A DNA stretch of 32,000 nt. Source: Methanococcus maripaludis (GTDB lineage: Archaea > AGJL01 > Methanococci > Methanococcales > Methanococcaceae). The translations under genes were made by a program, and so were the position numbers. Positions 16,636 through 25,013 of this stretch are shown here, piece after piece. How positions within the stretch are numbered: position 1 is the first letter of the stretch; each line of letters begins with the position of its first letter. The notes below the pieces were generated by a model. The model ran no database searches. It worked only from the letters and a program-made list of their open reading frames with translations, and had not been told where the DNA came from. The stretch lies in assembly GCF_002945325.1 (NCBI RefSeq), contig NZ_CP026606.1, positions 450,001 to 482,000 on the forward strand, read 5' to 3'.

Positions 16636-17712
16636 TTGTTTACGTTACATAATTCAGTAATAAATACTGCGATCATTGTTTTTGAAAAGATGAGAAAGAA
16701 AGACATCAATGCATATTTTTCTAAGAAATCCTACCAGCACGATTTAAGAATAGAAGGAACTGGGGGAAGTAACGCCTCCCTTTTTGAAAGTTGGATATCG
16801 CAATTTCCCCCCGAAATCCAATTAGAATGTTTAAATGAATTAATGCAAAAATATGGCCCTGATGACGATCAAGGTCTTGGTGAGCTTTTAGAAAGTGAAA
16901 CTATTCAATATTCTAAATATTTATCTAAAAATGAATCAGGTTTAAACAATAATAAAAATGAAAAATTAGATTTTGGAGGGGTTACTATGGCAACCAATAA
17001 AAAAAAGAAAATATTTATAAGTCATTCTTCAAAAGATAAAGAATATGCAAAGCTTTTAAGAGATGTTCTGGAAAATGCCGGTTTAACCCATGATCAAATA
17101 TTTTGCACATCCCTAACGGGACATCGAAATGAATTTGGAAAAAATTTCTTAGACAATATAAAAAACAAGCTAAATGATGATTACTTAATATTATTCCTTC
17201 TTTCTAGAAATTTCTATGAAAGTCCCATGTGTATGTGTGAATTAGGTGCAGCATGGGTTAAAACAAAAGAATCCGTTCCCGTATTAATCCCCCCTTTTGA
17301 TTACGACGACATGAATATGACAATAAAACATACTGAAGGTTTTAAAATAAATGAGAAGGATAGAATACACGAATTTAAGGATTATTTAGATTCTAACTTT
17401 AATAATAAACCAATTCCTGTTTCCATTTGGAATGAACGAACTGAAAAAACTTTTTCAGATATCATTAAATTAATTGAAAAAGATTCAAAAAATGCTAAAA
17501 AGTCCTCCAAAAAAACAACTGCAAAGAAAACAAGTGATAAAAAGTCTAAAAACTCAGAAAATAAAACTTCAAAATCAAAAACTGCTAAAAAACCTACTAA
17601 TGCTAGAAAAACCAGTACTACAAAAAAATCAGATGATCCTTTTAATATTAATATATCAACAGATAGTTCAATATCAGGTATTCTTGGCGGAAATTCTAAA
17701 AAATTATTCTAA
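16636..17712 (+). CDS. TIR-domain protein with lysine-rich C-terminal tail
   Basis: KKKIFISHSSKDKEYAKLLRDVLENAG...IFCTSLTGHRNEFGKNFLDNIKNKLNDDYLILFLLSRNFYESPMCMCELGAAWV is a classic bacterial/archaeal TIR pattern; tail KKSSKKTTAKKTSDKKSKN...KTAKKPTNARKTSTTKKSDD. Long form uses a TTG start; internal ATG at 16987 has GGAGGGG upstream. Confidence 0.8.
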   Translation: MFTLHNSVINTAIIVFEKMRKKDINAYFSKKSYQHDLRIEGTGGSNASLFESWISQFPPEIQLECLNELMQKYGPDDDQGLGELLESETIQYSKYLSKNESGLNNNKNEKLDFGGVTMATNKKKKIFISHSSKDKEYAKLLRDVLENAGLTHDQIFCTSLTGHRNEFGKNFLDNIKNKLNDDYLILFLLSRNFYESPMCMCELGAAWVKTKESVPVLIPPFDYDDMNMTIKHTEGFKINEKDRIHEFKDYLDSNFNNKPIPVSIWNERTEKTFSDIIKLIEKDSKNAKKSSKKTTAKKTSDKKSKNSENKTSKSKTAKKPTNARKTSTTKKSDDPFNINISTDSSISGILGGNSKKLF

Positions 17713-17730
17713 TTCTTTCTTTTTTAAATT

Positions 17731-17809
17731 TTAAAGCCGATGGACTTGAAATTAACTTTAAAAAAGGAAAATAATTACTATTTTGATATTTTATCAGGAT
17801 TGAATCGAT
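17731..17809. repeat. Direct repeat R3 (remnant copy of R1)
   Basis: taaagccgatggacttgaaattaactttaaaaaaggaaaataattactattttgatattttatcaggattgaatcgat; retains reading KADGLEINFKKGK*. Confidence 0.85.
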
Positions 17810-17949
17810 CTTGTTTTAAATTTTTAAAGTGCACTTTAAAACATAATTATATTATAAATTAAGCCTATATAATGAGGTAATTTTTAATTTTAACTCACTA
17901 AAATATTCATAATCAAAACGGTAATCAATAAATCAAAAGGCGATTTCAA

Positions 17950-20016
17950 TTGAATTTTTTCAAAATAACAACGTGTTTATTATTACTTTTTGCATTAATT
18001 TCAGTAAATTATTCTGCTGAATTTGTAGATGATGGACAGTATGTCTATTGTAAATTAACAAACGAAAATTTGGGTGAATTTGGTATATTGAATAGATCTA
18101 TCTCAGGCACAGATAATGTTTATCTTGTAACGGGATTTTCTGAAAGTGCTAATTTGCCAAATAATACTTATCTTGACTTATCATTAGATAAATACTTTCC
18201 AAATGTTGGAAATCAAGGTAAAATCGGTTCATGTACCTCATGGGCTTGTTCATACTATGCAAATTCATATTTACAGGCAAGAATTAACAACTGGGATTTA
18301 AAAGGAAATGACAGTTCTAAATGTTTGAATCCGTTGTGGACGTATAATAAAATGAACAATGGGGAAATATACCTTGGAGCTAACTCCGAAGATACATTAA
18401 AAATGCTTTCAAGAATTGGTGCTGTAACTTATGAAACAATGCCTGAAAATGAGAGCTATACTTTTTGGGGCGATGAAGATGACTGGCTTGAAGCACCCCA
18501 ATACAGAATAACAGGCTTTGATTTCACCCTAACGAGTAATACTGAAATTATAAAATCATGGTTGAACGAAGGTTCAATCGTAATTATTGCAATCCATTAC
18601 GATGATTTAAGAAATTGTTTTGAAAATACATCCATAATTTCAGATCACTGCCAATCTCATGAGGACGCAACTCACGCGGTCGTAATTGCAGGGTATAATG
18701 ACAGCATGTCAAAAGATAATGAAACAGGAGTTTTTAAAGTTGTGAATTCTGAAGGCCCATTATGGGGCCCTAATGGTGATGGATGTTACTATATGACGTA
18801 TGATGCAGTTTCAAATCTAAAAGATTGTTATTGTGCTAGGATATCTGATGCAGTGTACAATACTTCAGATTCTCACCCCGAACTTATTGGGTATGTACGG
18901 TTTGATCCCGAAAATAAAGGTACAAAAGATCAAAACATAATTTTTGGAATTGGAAATGAGTCAAATATTTCTGGATATGTAGATATTTTTGGAAGTCTTT
19001 ATTGTAATCAAAATGGCGGAAACGGCTCAATGCCTGATTTTATCGTAATTGATTTGACTGACTGGAAATCTGAATTTGAAAACTCATTAAACACCACTGG
19101 AAAAGGATATTACTTTGTTAATTTTTCAAATGGAACGGAAACTTCAATAATTTCTGAATTTGGAATAATTAAATACAGCTCTTATCCAGATATCGAAGAA
19201 ATAAATACATTAAATTCGTATGCTTGCAATAAATCAGTAGTATTTAAGTTTTACAGTAAAACAGCCCCCGAAATTATTAATTCAAGCGTAAATGTTTTAG
19301 AAAACGAAGTTATTGTTTCAATAAGTGCAGAAGACGTTGAAAACGACCTATGGGGCGTAAACGTATACTTTGACGGTTCAAATGAATATTATTCATTAAA
19401 CGGTACAAATGAAACGTTTAACGGCTCATTTGATAAATCCATGTTTTCATACGGCGAACACTACGCAATATTTGAAGCGTTTGATGGTTCAGGAAACGTG
19501 AATAATAGTGAAATGGTTGCTTTTGAAATTTCAGCCCCAGCTACTTCTTCAAGAAGTACTGGAAACCATTATAGTTCCGATCTTTCTGATGGAATTAGTT
19601 CTGGAACCATTAAAAGAGCAGTTTCAAATTCAAATATTATATATGGAAGCGATGTAGATGAAGGATATGCTTTGAATTTGAGAGAGAATGTTAAAAATGG
19701 AAACGATTACGAACTTTCAGGAGATACAATAATTGTTGGTGGACCAGAAGCAAACGGATTTGCTGAAAAGTACGATTCAGAGTTTGAAATTTCAATTACA
19801 AACGACTATCCTGGGGAAAATAAAGGGCTAATTCAAGTGAAAAATATTGAAGTACGCGACGGAAACATAATCAAAACTTATCAGGTAATATATATTGCAG
19901 GTTCTGACAGGTTTGGAACACAGGCTGCTTTAGAATACTTTAAAACTTTAGATGAGCTTCCCGATATGCCCCTTACTGTTGAATGGACTGAAAATGGACC
20001 TGTGGTTGTTGAATAA
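17950..20016 (+). CDS. Secreted papain-like (C1A-type) cysteine peptidase with S-layer-like C-terminal region
   Basis: Signal peptide MNFFKITTCLLLLFALISVNYSA; NQGKIGSCTSWACSYYANSYL (Cys), DATHAVVIAGYND (His), VVNSEGPLWGPNGDGCYYMTYD (Asn); C-terminus DTIIVGGPEANGFAEKY...YIAGSDRFGTQAALEYFK like archaeal S-layer C-terminal segments. Confidence 0.8.
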   Translation: MNFFKITTCLLLLFALISVNYSAEFVDDGQYVYCKLTNENLGEFGILNRSISGTDNVYLVTGFSESANLPNNTYLDLSLDKYFPNVGNQGKIGSCTSWACSYYANSYLQARINNWDLKGNDSSKCLNPLWTYNKMNNGEIYLGANSEDTLKMLSRIGAVTYETMPENESYTFWGDEDDWLEAPQYRITGFDFTLTSNTEIIKSWLNEGSIVIIAIHYDDLRNCFENTSIISDHCQSHEDATHAVVIAGYNDSMSKDNETGVFKVVNSEGPLWGPNGDGCYYMTYDAVSNLKDCYCARISDAVYNTSDSHPELIGYVRFDPENKGTKDQNIIFGIGNESNISGYVDIFGSLYCNQNGGNGSMPDFIVIDLTDWKSEFENSLNTTGKGYYFVNFSNGTETSIISEFGIIKYSSYPDIEEINTLNSYACNKSVVFKFYSKTAPEIINSSVNVLENEVIVSISAEDVENDLWGVNVYFDGSNEYYSLNGTNETFNGSFDKSMFSYGEHYAIFEAFDGSGNVNNSEMVAFEISAPATSSRSTGNHYSSDLSDGISSGTIKRAVSNSNIIYGSDVDEGYALNLRENVKNGNDYELSGDTIIVGGPEANGFAEKYDSEFEISITNDYPGENKGLIQVKNIEVRDGNIIKTYQVIYIAGSDRFGTQAALEYFKTLDELPDMPLTVEWTENGPVVVE

Positions 20017-20127
20017 TTAATTTATTTTTCTTTTTTTAATATTTTGTGGTATTTGCGCAAAAAATCAACACTTTTAAATATACTTCTTTTTAAAAACTTA
20101 AAGTAAAACTATTTCTTAAATTTAAAC

Positions 20128-20956
20128 GTGAAACCAATGATCCCAGAATCTCCAAATATGCTAGAACATATCCCAGAAGACTTTAAGTACTGGAGAAAGT
20201 ATCAGCAGGAAAAAATTGAGGAGATTTTAGGCCATATTTCAAACGGTAAGAAAACAATTGTTTTAAATGCACCAACCGGGGCTGGAAAATCACTTTACAA
20301 TATTTCGGTTGGTTCTATTTTAAATTCATTAAAAAGTTATCAAATAATTAACATTTATATAGTCCATTTTGATAGTTTATTTTGACGAAATAACCCATCT
20401 AAACCGTGTGAGAAAAATGTTTAAAAATAAATTATATGGCGAGACCCAAATAATTCAGATTGAAAAAGTAGAAACTCTTGTTTTAAATTACAACGGCAAA
20501 GGAGAAAATAACTATTCAAAGTCCCAAAGCTACTGGGATAAGAAAAAACGCTCTTTAAAAAAGTCTGCTCTTTTTAAAAATTATATTTCTGAAAAAGTGT
20601 TTCCTCCAAATTATTTTAAAATAATGAATCGAGAATGTAAATTTAAAAACGAACCCGACTATAAAGTAATTTTAAAGGAAAATAGCGATTATTTTTATTT
20701 AAAATGTAAATTCAGAGGATATTTATATAATAATTTTTACGATTGGGCAAGGCCTGATCAGATTGATTCGTTTAAAGAATTTTCTGAAAGAGTAGAAACC
20801 CCTGTTTACTTTGCATTTGGTCTTGGCGGCTGTCCAAATGATCCTGATAACGCATTTTTATGTCCTCTTGAAAAAGTAAAGTGTAAATTAAAGTTAAAAG
20901 AGCTTGAACCCTGGAGAATTCAGTGTTTAGAAGATGTTTCAAGGATTATTTGTTAA
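20128..20956 (+). pseudogene. Decayed/fused locus: truncated helicase N-terminus followed by an unrelated-frame C-terminal domain
   Basis: 20128-20385 encodes YRKYQQEKIEEILGHISNGKKTIVLNAPTGAGKS-type Walker A but stops after ~85 aa; 20369-20956 overlaps in another frame (DEITHLNRVRKMFKNK... then PVYFAFGLGGCPNDPDNAFLCPLEKV). Confidence 0.55.
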
Positions 20957-20998
20957 TCTATTTTTCATGATGACTCCAGGATTATTCTTTAATAAAAG

Positions 20999-21412
20999 TT
21001 AAAATTCGTCGACATTGATTTTGTAGAATAAATCAGCATCTTTTACATAATATAATTCGTTTCCGGATTTGATTTCTTCGATTACCTTATCTTCTGGGAC
21101 AATATATCCAACTAAGAACTGATCTATTGTTAAATTGCCTTCTGACATGATTTCTGTGGTTTTTGTTGAAAGGTCGGGTAATTTGATTTTCTGCAATTTG
21201 TGAACTGACAACCGGTCATCTTCAACCAGTTCGACCCATTCAATTTTTTTAACAACGTTTGAGAATGAATCTGGATTTGCGTAATTTTTGTAGTCTTCGA
21301 ATGCTTCAAAACCTTCTAAAGACATTTTATAAAGTGTTGATTTTAAAATATCGCTCAATTCTTCGTGGCTTTTTAGATTTCTTAAAACTTTTTCTTCTAT
21401 TTCTGCTGACAT
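20999..21412 (-). CDS. Conserved hypothetical 137-aa protein, copy 2
   Basis: MSAEIEEKVLRNLKSHEELSDILKSTL...; paralogue of 4024-4437. Confidence 0.85.
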   Translation of the reverse strand: MSAEIEEKVLRNLKSHEELSDILKSTLYKMSLEGFEAFEDYKNYANPDSFSNVVKKIEWVELVEDDRLSVHKLQKIKLPDLSTKTTEIMSEGNLTIDQFLVGYIVPEDKVIEEIKSGNELYYVKDADLFYKINVDEF

Positions 21413-21513
21413 TTCTTTTCACCTTTTTCATCTTCTTTAATTTTAACTTCTACTTGTTTTCCAACTAGTTTTTTAGGTAATGTTATGTGTCCAGTGTTTC
21501 CGAATGGTTTCAC
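21397..21513 (-). CDS. DUF2080-like / AbrB-like swapped-hairpin small protein, possibly start-damaged
   Basis: Reads VKPFGNTGHITLPKKLVGKQVEVKIKEDEKGEKKCQQK*, overlapping the start of the 137-aa gene; frame is open a little further upstream but without a canonical ATG. Confidence 0.5.
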   Translation of the reverse strand: MKPFGNTGHITLPKKLVGKQVEVKIKEDEKGEKKCQQK

Positions 21514-21613
21514 GTTCTTTTCAATTGTTTTTTCATTTTTGATTCTTCATCATCTCTTTATTTTTAAAAAAAATAAAATTAAGGGGTGCTGTTCAGGCGG
21601 GTATGTATTTCAC

Positions 21614-21633
21614 TAGTGAGTAATTACTCACTA
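21614..21633. promoter_or_regulatory. 20-bp perfect palindrome TAGTGAGTAATTACTCACTA with additional TCACTA-type half sites
   Basis: Also TCACTAGTGA at 21610-21619 and tcactaatga / tcactagaga further right, between divergent genes. Confidence 0.65.
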
Positions 21634-21750
21634 ATAAACTAGTGGATATCCAACTATATAAAATTTACGAAATTATATCACTAATGATAAAAACCTCACT
21701 AGAGAATAATATATCTTTAATTACACATTCATCTCTAATGATAATATGAG

Positions 21751-22044
21751 TTGGATTGGATGATAAGTGCATTAGCAAAGAAAAATTCTAGAGCAGTATT
21801 GGAATTACTCGCAGAAAAAGAAGAAGGACTTCATTTCGGGGAAATTAAAAAAGAATTGGGGATAGATGGCAGGGTATTAACGGATACTTTAAATGCATTT
21901 TTAGATTTTGAGTTAGTTACAAGGACAGCAGAAGATGAATCAAAAAGGATGTCAAAAGTGTTTTATGCGATTACTAAAAGGGGTTTAGAAGTTTTAAAAG
22001 CATATACTTACTTGGACGAAATTCAAGCAGGAAAATTTGACTAA
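21751..22044 (+). CDS. wHTH transcriptional regulator (97 aa)
   Basis: SALAKKNSRAVLELLAEKEEGLHFGEIKKELGIDGRVLTDTLNAFLDFELVTRTAEDE...VFYAITKRGLEVLKAY. Confidence 0.8.
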   Translation: MDWMISALAKKNSRAVLELLAEKEEGLHFGEIKKELGIDGRVLTDTLNAFLDFELVTRTAEDESKRMSKVFYAITKRGLEVLKAYTYLDEIQAGKFD

Positions 22045-22163
22045 AATAAGCTTAATATTATTTTAAATTTGTATTTTGTAAGATTTACTTTAAAGAAGGA
22101 TTTATGTCTTCTTAATTTAATTAATGTTTATTGATTGAGGGAAAATTGATTAAAGGTGGAAAT

Positions 22164-22871
22164 GTGGGCGATAATTTGGAAAAAAAAGATTATTTAAAAT
22201 TCGAACTGGATCAAGCATATTCTGACTATCGGTATTATGATACCAAAATAAAAAATCAGATAAATATGATGATCGGGGCATGGGTAGCTTCAATTCCAAT
22301 ATTCAGTTTAATTTTTAATATTACTACAGATCCGTTTTTAATTTTGAAATTAGCGTCATTATACATAGCATTAATCCTTATGGTATGCCTCATGTTAATG
22401 TAGGATATAAAAAAAGCGGCCAAAGATCTAAAAAATTCTTATAAATCAATTAATATTTTTAAAAAATATTATTATATCGAAAATATGCCCGAATATAAGA
22501 TATACCCTCCATCTATATCGATAATACAATTTTTATTTATTAACTATATCGCATTTTCAATATGTTCCGGATTATGGGCTATTTTAATATTTTGGCATTC
22601 TATCAAGTTTATAATAGGACATCAAACAGAGGATGAATTATTTAGTATACTTTCGGTAGTAATGATGTTGGCAATACTTTGCTGCTCAGTATATTACTTT
22701 AAAGAATATACTGAAATCCTGAATATTTTTAAAGAATATGATCTTGAGGTAAAAAGCAACATCAGTTTTAAAAGGATAGTTACTAAAATTTTTGATAAAG
22801 ACGCAATTATAGGTTTTTTAAGTTTAATAATTATTTTACTTTCTGGAATAATTTTCAAATTGTTATTTTAA
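22164..22871 (+). pseudogene. Four-TM membrane protein interrupted by an in-frame TAG at 22401-22403
   Basis: ORFs 22131-22403 and 22485-22871 are in the same frame and the intervening codons are open; GTG start at 22164 has ggtgg upstream. Confidence 0.6.
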
Positions 22872-22940
22872 ATTTGGTGAATAAGTTTAATTCAAAACAA
22901 GAACAATGTCAATTAAATTATAGAAAAAATAAAATTATTA

Positions 22941-23540
22941 TTGGGAAAACTACATAAAAAATTAAGGACAATATCGAAAAAAATATATAACGTTTTGAGA
23001 AAAGTAAATTATATTCTTTTAAGGGATGAAAACATGCCAGGAAAAAATTCTGAGAACTTTGAACATATTAAAAAAATGGTTGATATTTTAAAAAAATATG
23101 AAAATACTCCAAAATATGCCGTAACTGTAATGAAGAATAATATTGGCATGAGTGTTAACAATGACGTTAAATCAGAATGTGAAAAACAAGGAATACCTAA
23201 AAACAAGATTGATCTATATTTTAGAGAAATTTTTGGAATAATTAACAAAAAAGTTATAGAGAAGAAAAGTGATGAAACTGAAACTTCAAAATACGTTCTT
23301 AAGAATTTATATCATGAAAGTTTTGGTGAAAAATACGAAATGTTTAAATCACAGGTATGCCCACTTTTCGAAAAAATAAGTTTAATGAATTTACGTAAAA
23401 CCGACAGTGCTAACAACGAATACAAATCCAAATTAATTAAAATAGTTTTATCAAATGAAGATGGTACAAAAAAAATAATTAACTTTGAATGTACCTCTGA
23501 CGAATTAATAAATATCATAGAAGTACTGTCTGAAATGTAG
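22941..23540 (+). CDS. Hypothetical protein (up to 199 aa)
   Basis: ORF; alternative ATG at 23035 region preceded by a GGGATGA-like RBS. Confidence 0.65.
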   Translation: MGKLHKKLRTISKKIYNVLRKVNYILLRDENMPGKNSENFEHIKKMVDILKKYENTPKYAVTVMKNNIGMSVNNDVKSECEKQGIPKNKIDLYFREIFGIINKKVIEKKSDETETSKYVLKNLYHESFGEKYEMFKSQVCPLFEKISLMNLRKTDSANNEYKSKLIKIVLSNEDGTKKIINFECTSDELINIIEVLSEM

Positions 23541-23548
23541 GTGAAAAA

Positions 23549-23968
23549 ATGGGGGAAATGCTTACAATTAATTCAGAAACTTTTGAACATTCAAACTATT
23601 TAGATGATAGTTTTGAAAAACATTATAAAAATCAGGAAGAAGATGAAATTTTAAACATCCAAAGTAATACATTAATATTCCAACGTTCTTTTGAAAAAGA
23701 TGAAGAATTAAACCCTGAAATTGTGCATAACGATAAAAAAAGAGTTATGAACTACATTAGAAATTATAGATTACTGTATAGCTTAGATATTCTTCCGGAT
23801 TATGTTAATGATGATATTTACGAAACAATATTGCAGTCAATGGAATTGAGAAAAAGTAAAAATAAACAAAGAAATGTAAAATCTGTACTTACAGAAATAC
23901 TTTTAAAAGGAACAGTCGCATTGATGGAAGATATTGAGGAAAAATTAGATGCTAAAAAGGGGGAATAA
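23549..23968 (+). CDS. Hypothetical protein (139 aa), possible antitoxin/partner of the next gene
   Basis: ORF ending 4 nt before the PIN-like ORF. Confidence 0.65.
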   Translation: MGEMLTINSETFEHSNYLDDSFEKHYKNQEEDEILNIQSNTLIFQRSFEKDEELNPEIVHNDKKRVMNYIRNYRLLYSLDILPDYVNDDIYETILQSMELRKSKNKQRNVKSVLTEILLKGTVALMEDIEEKLDAKKGE

Positions 23969-23972
23969 TTAA

Positions 23973-24824
23973 ATGAAAGTTGGGGGGATCATTAACGATG
24001 TATGCATTGATACATGTGTACTTTACTGTTTATTACTAATATTAAAGTATGAGCAACATTATTCAGCTCCTTTTTTTTCAAAACAGCATTTTCACACTGA
24101 AAAAACCGTATATGATAATGAAATAGACTCTTTTATTAAATCCAAGGCACTTAAAATTAAATTTAAAAGATTTACATTATCAACGTTGGGCGATGAAATT
24201 CAAACAAAATACTACGAATCCGATAAGTTAGATAACAATATGAAAAATTTTTTTGATGAATTAAGGAAAGTTTATCGTGATGATTTTTTTAATAGTTATT
24301 ATAATGAACTTAAAAATAATGGTATTTATGTGCATGATCTAGAAAGCTTCATAAACGACTGTTATTGTGGAAAAACCGTATATGATAATATATTGCCAAA
24401 TCGGAAAGAATATCCTCTCCAAGACGGTCTTTTAATTAATTTAATTAAACTTATAGCTCAGGATACTGACAAGATCTTTCAGTATAATGCCTCCGGAAAA
24501 AAGAATGTTGGTGAACACATATTATATGTTCTTGCAATATTATTAAATGCTACCGATTTTGTAACAATTGATTACAGAGTCTGCGATAGCATATATGAAA
24601 AATTTAACGTTCCGGAAAATGAAAAGAGAGGTACTTCTTCTTATCCTTGGTCAGTGGGTACAAAAGGTTTTGCTACGTATCTGGAAGAAGTTTTAAACGG
24701 CCATAATAAAGAATTAATTGCGTATTTAATCATTTCAAGACATTTTTTAAAAACTTTTCAGGGTAAGGATCATTATGAAATAAGAAAGATTAACGCCCTT
24801 TTAGACCATTATGAAAAAGTTTAA
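23973..24824 (+). CDS. Possible PIN-like ribonuclease-fold protein (283 aa)
   Basis: N-terminal VCIDTCVLYCLL and late ILYVLAILLNATDFVTIDYRVCDSI resemble the spaced Asp strands of PIN domains; not confirmed. Confidence 0.5.
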   Translation: MKVGGIINDVCIDTCVLYCLLLILKYEQHYSAPFFSKQHFHTEKTVYDNEIDSFIKSKALKIKFKRFTLSTLGDEIQTKYYESDKLDNNMKNFFDELRKVYRDDFFNSYYNELKNNGIYVHDLESFINDCYCGKTVYDNILPNRKEYPLQDGLLINLIKLIAQDTDKIFQYNASGKKNVGEHILYVLAILLNATDFVTIDYRVCDSIYEKFNVPENEKRGTSSYPWSVGTKGFATYLEEVLNGHNKELIAYLIISRHFLKTFQGKDHYEIRKINALLDHYEKV

Positions 24825-25013
24825 TTGTTTTTAAAATTTCTTTTTTAAATTTTAAAATAACCTTATCCTTTTAATTTTAAGAATTCTTATCTTAAATTGC
24901 TCTTTTTAAATAGTAATAAACGCCCATGAATAAACCTTTAAATTATTTATGCGACCATTTACAATGTGATATTATTCAGGGATTAAAGAAATATTACTAT
25001 AAGGGGTGTTAAA

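Noticed and set aside
17474-17734. Lys/Gln/Leu-rich 86-aa ORF overlapping the TIR gene tail
   Set aside because: Alternate-frame reading of the repetitive lysine-rich tail; no RBS or independent support.
22401-22403. TAG as pyrrolysine codon
   Set aside because: Methanococcales are not known to encode the Pyl system, other TAG codons here behave as stops, and no PYLIS-like structure was evident.
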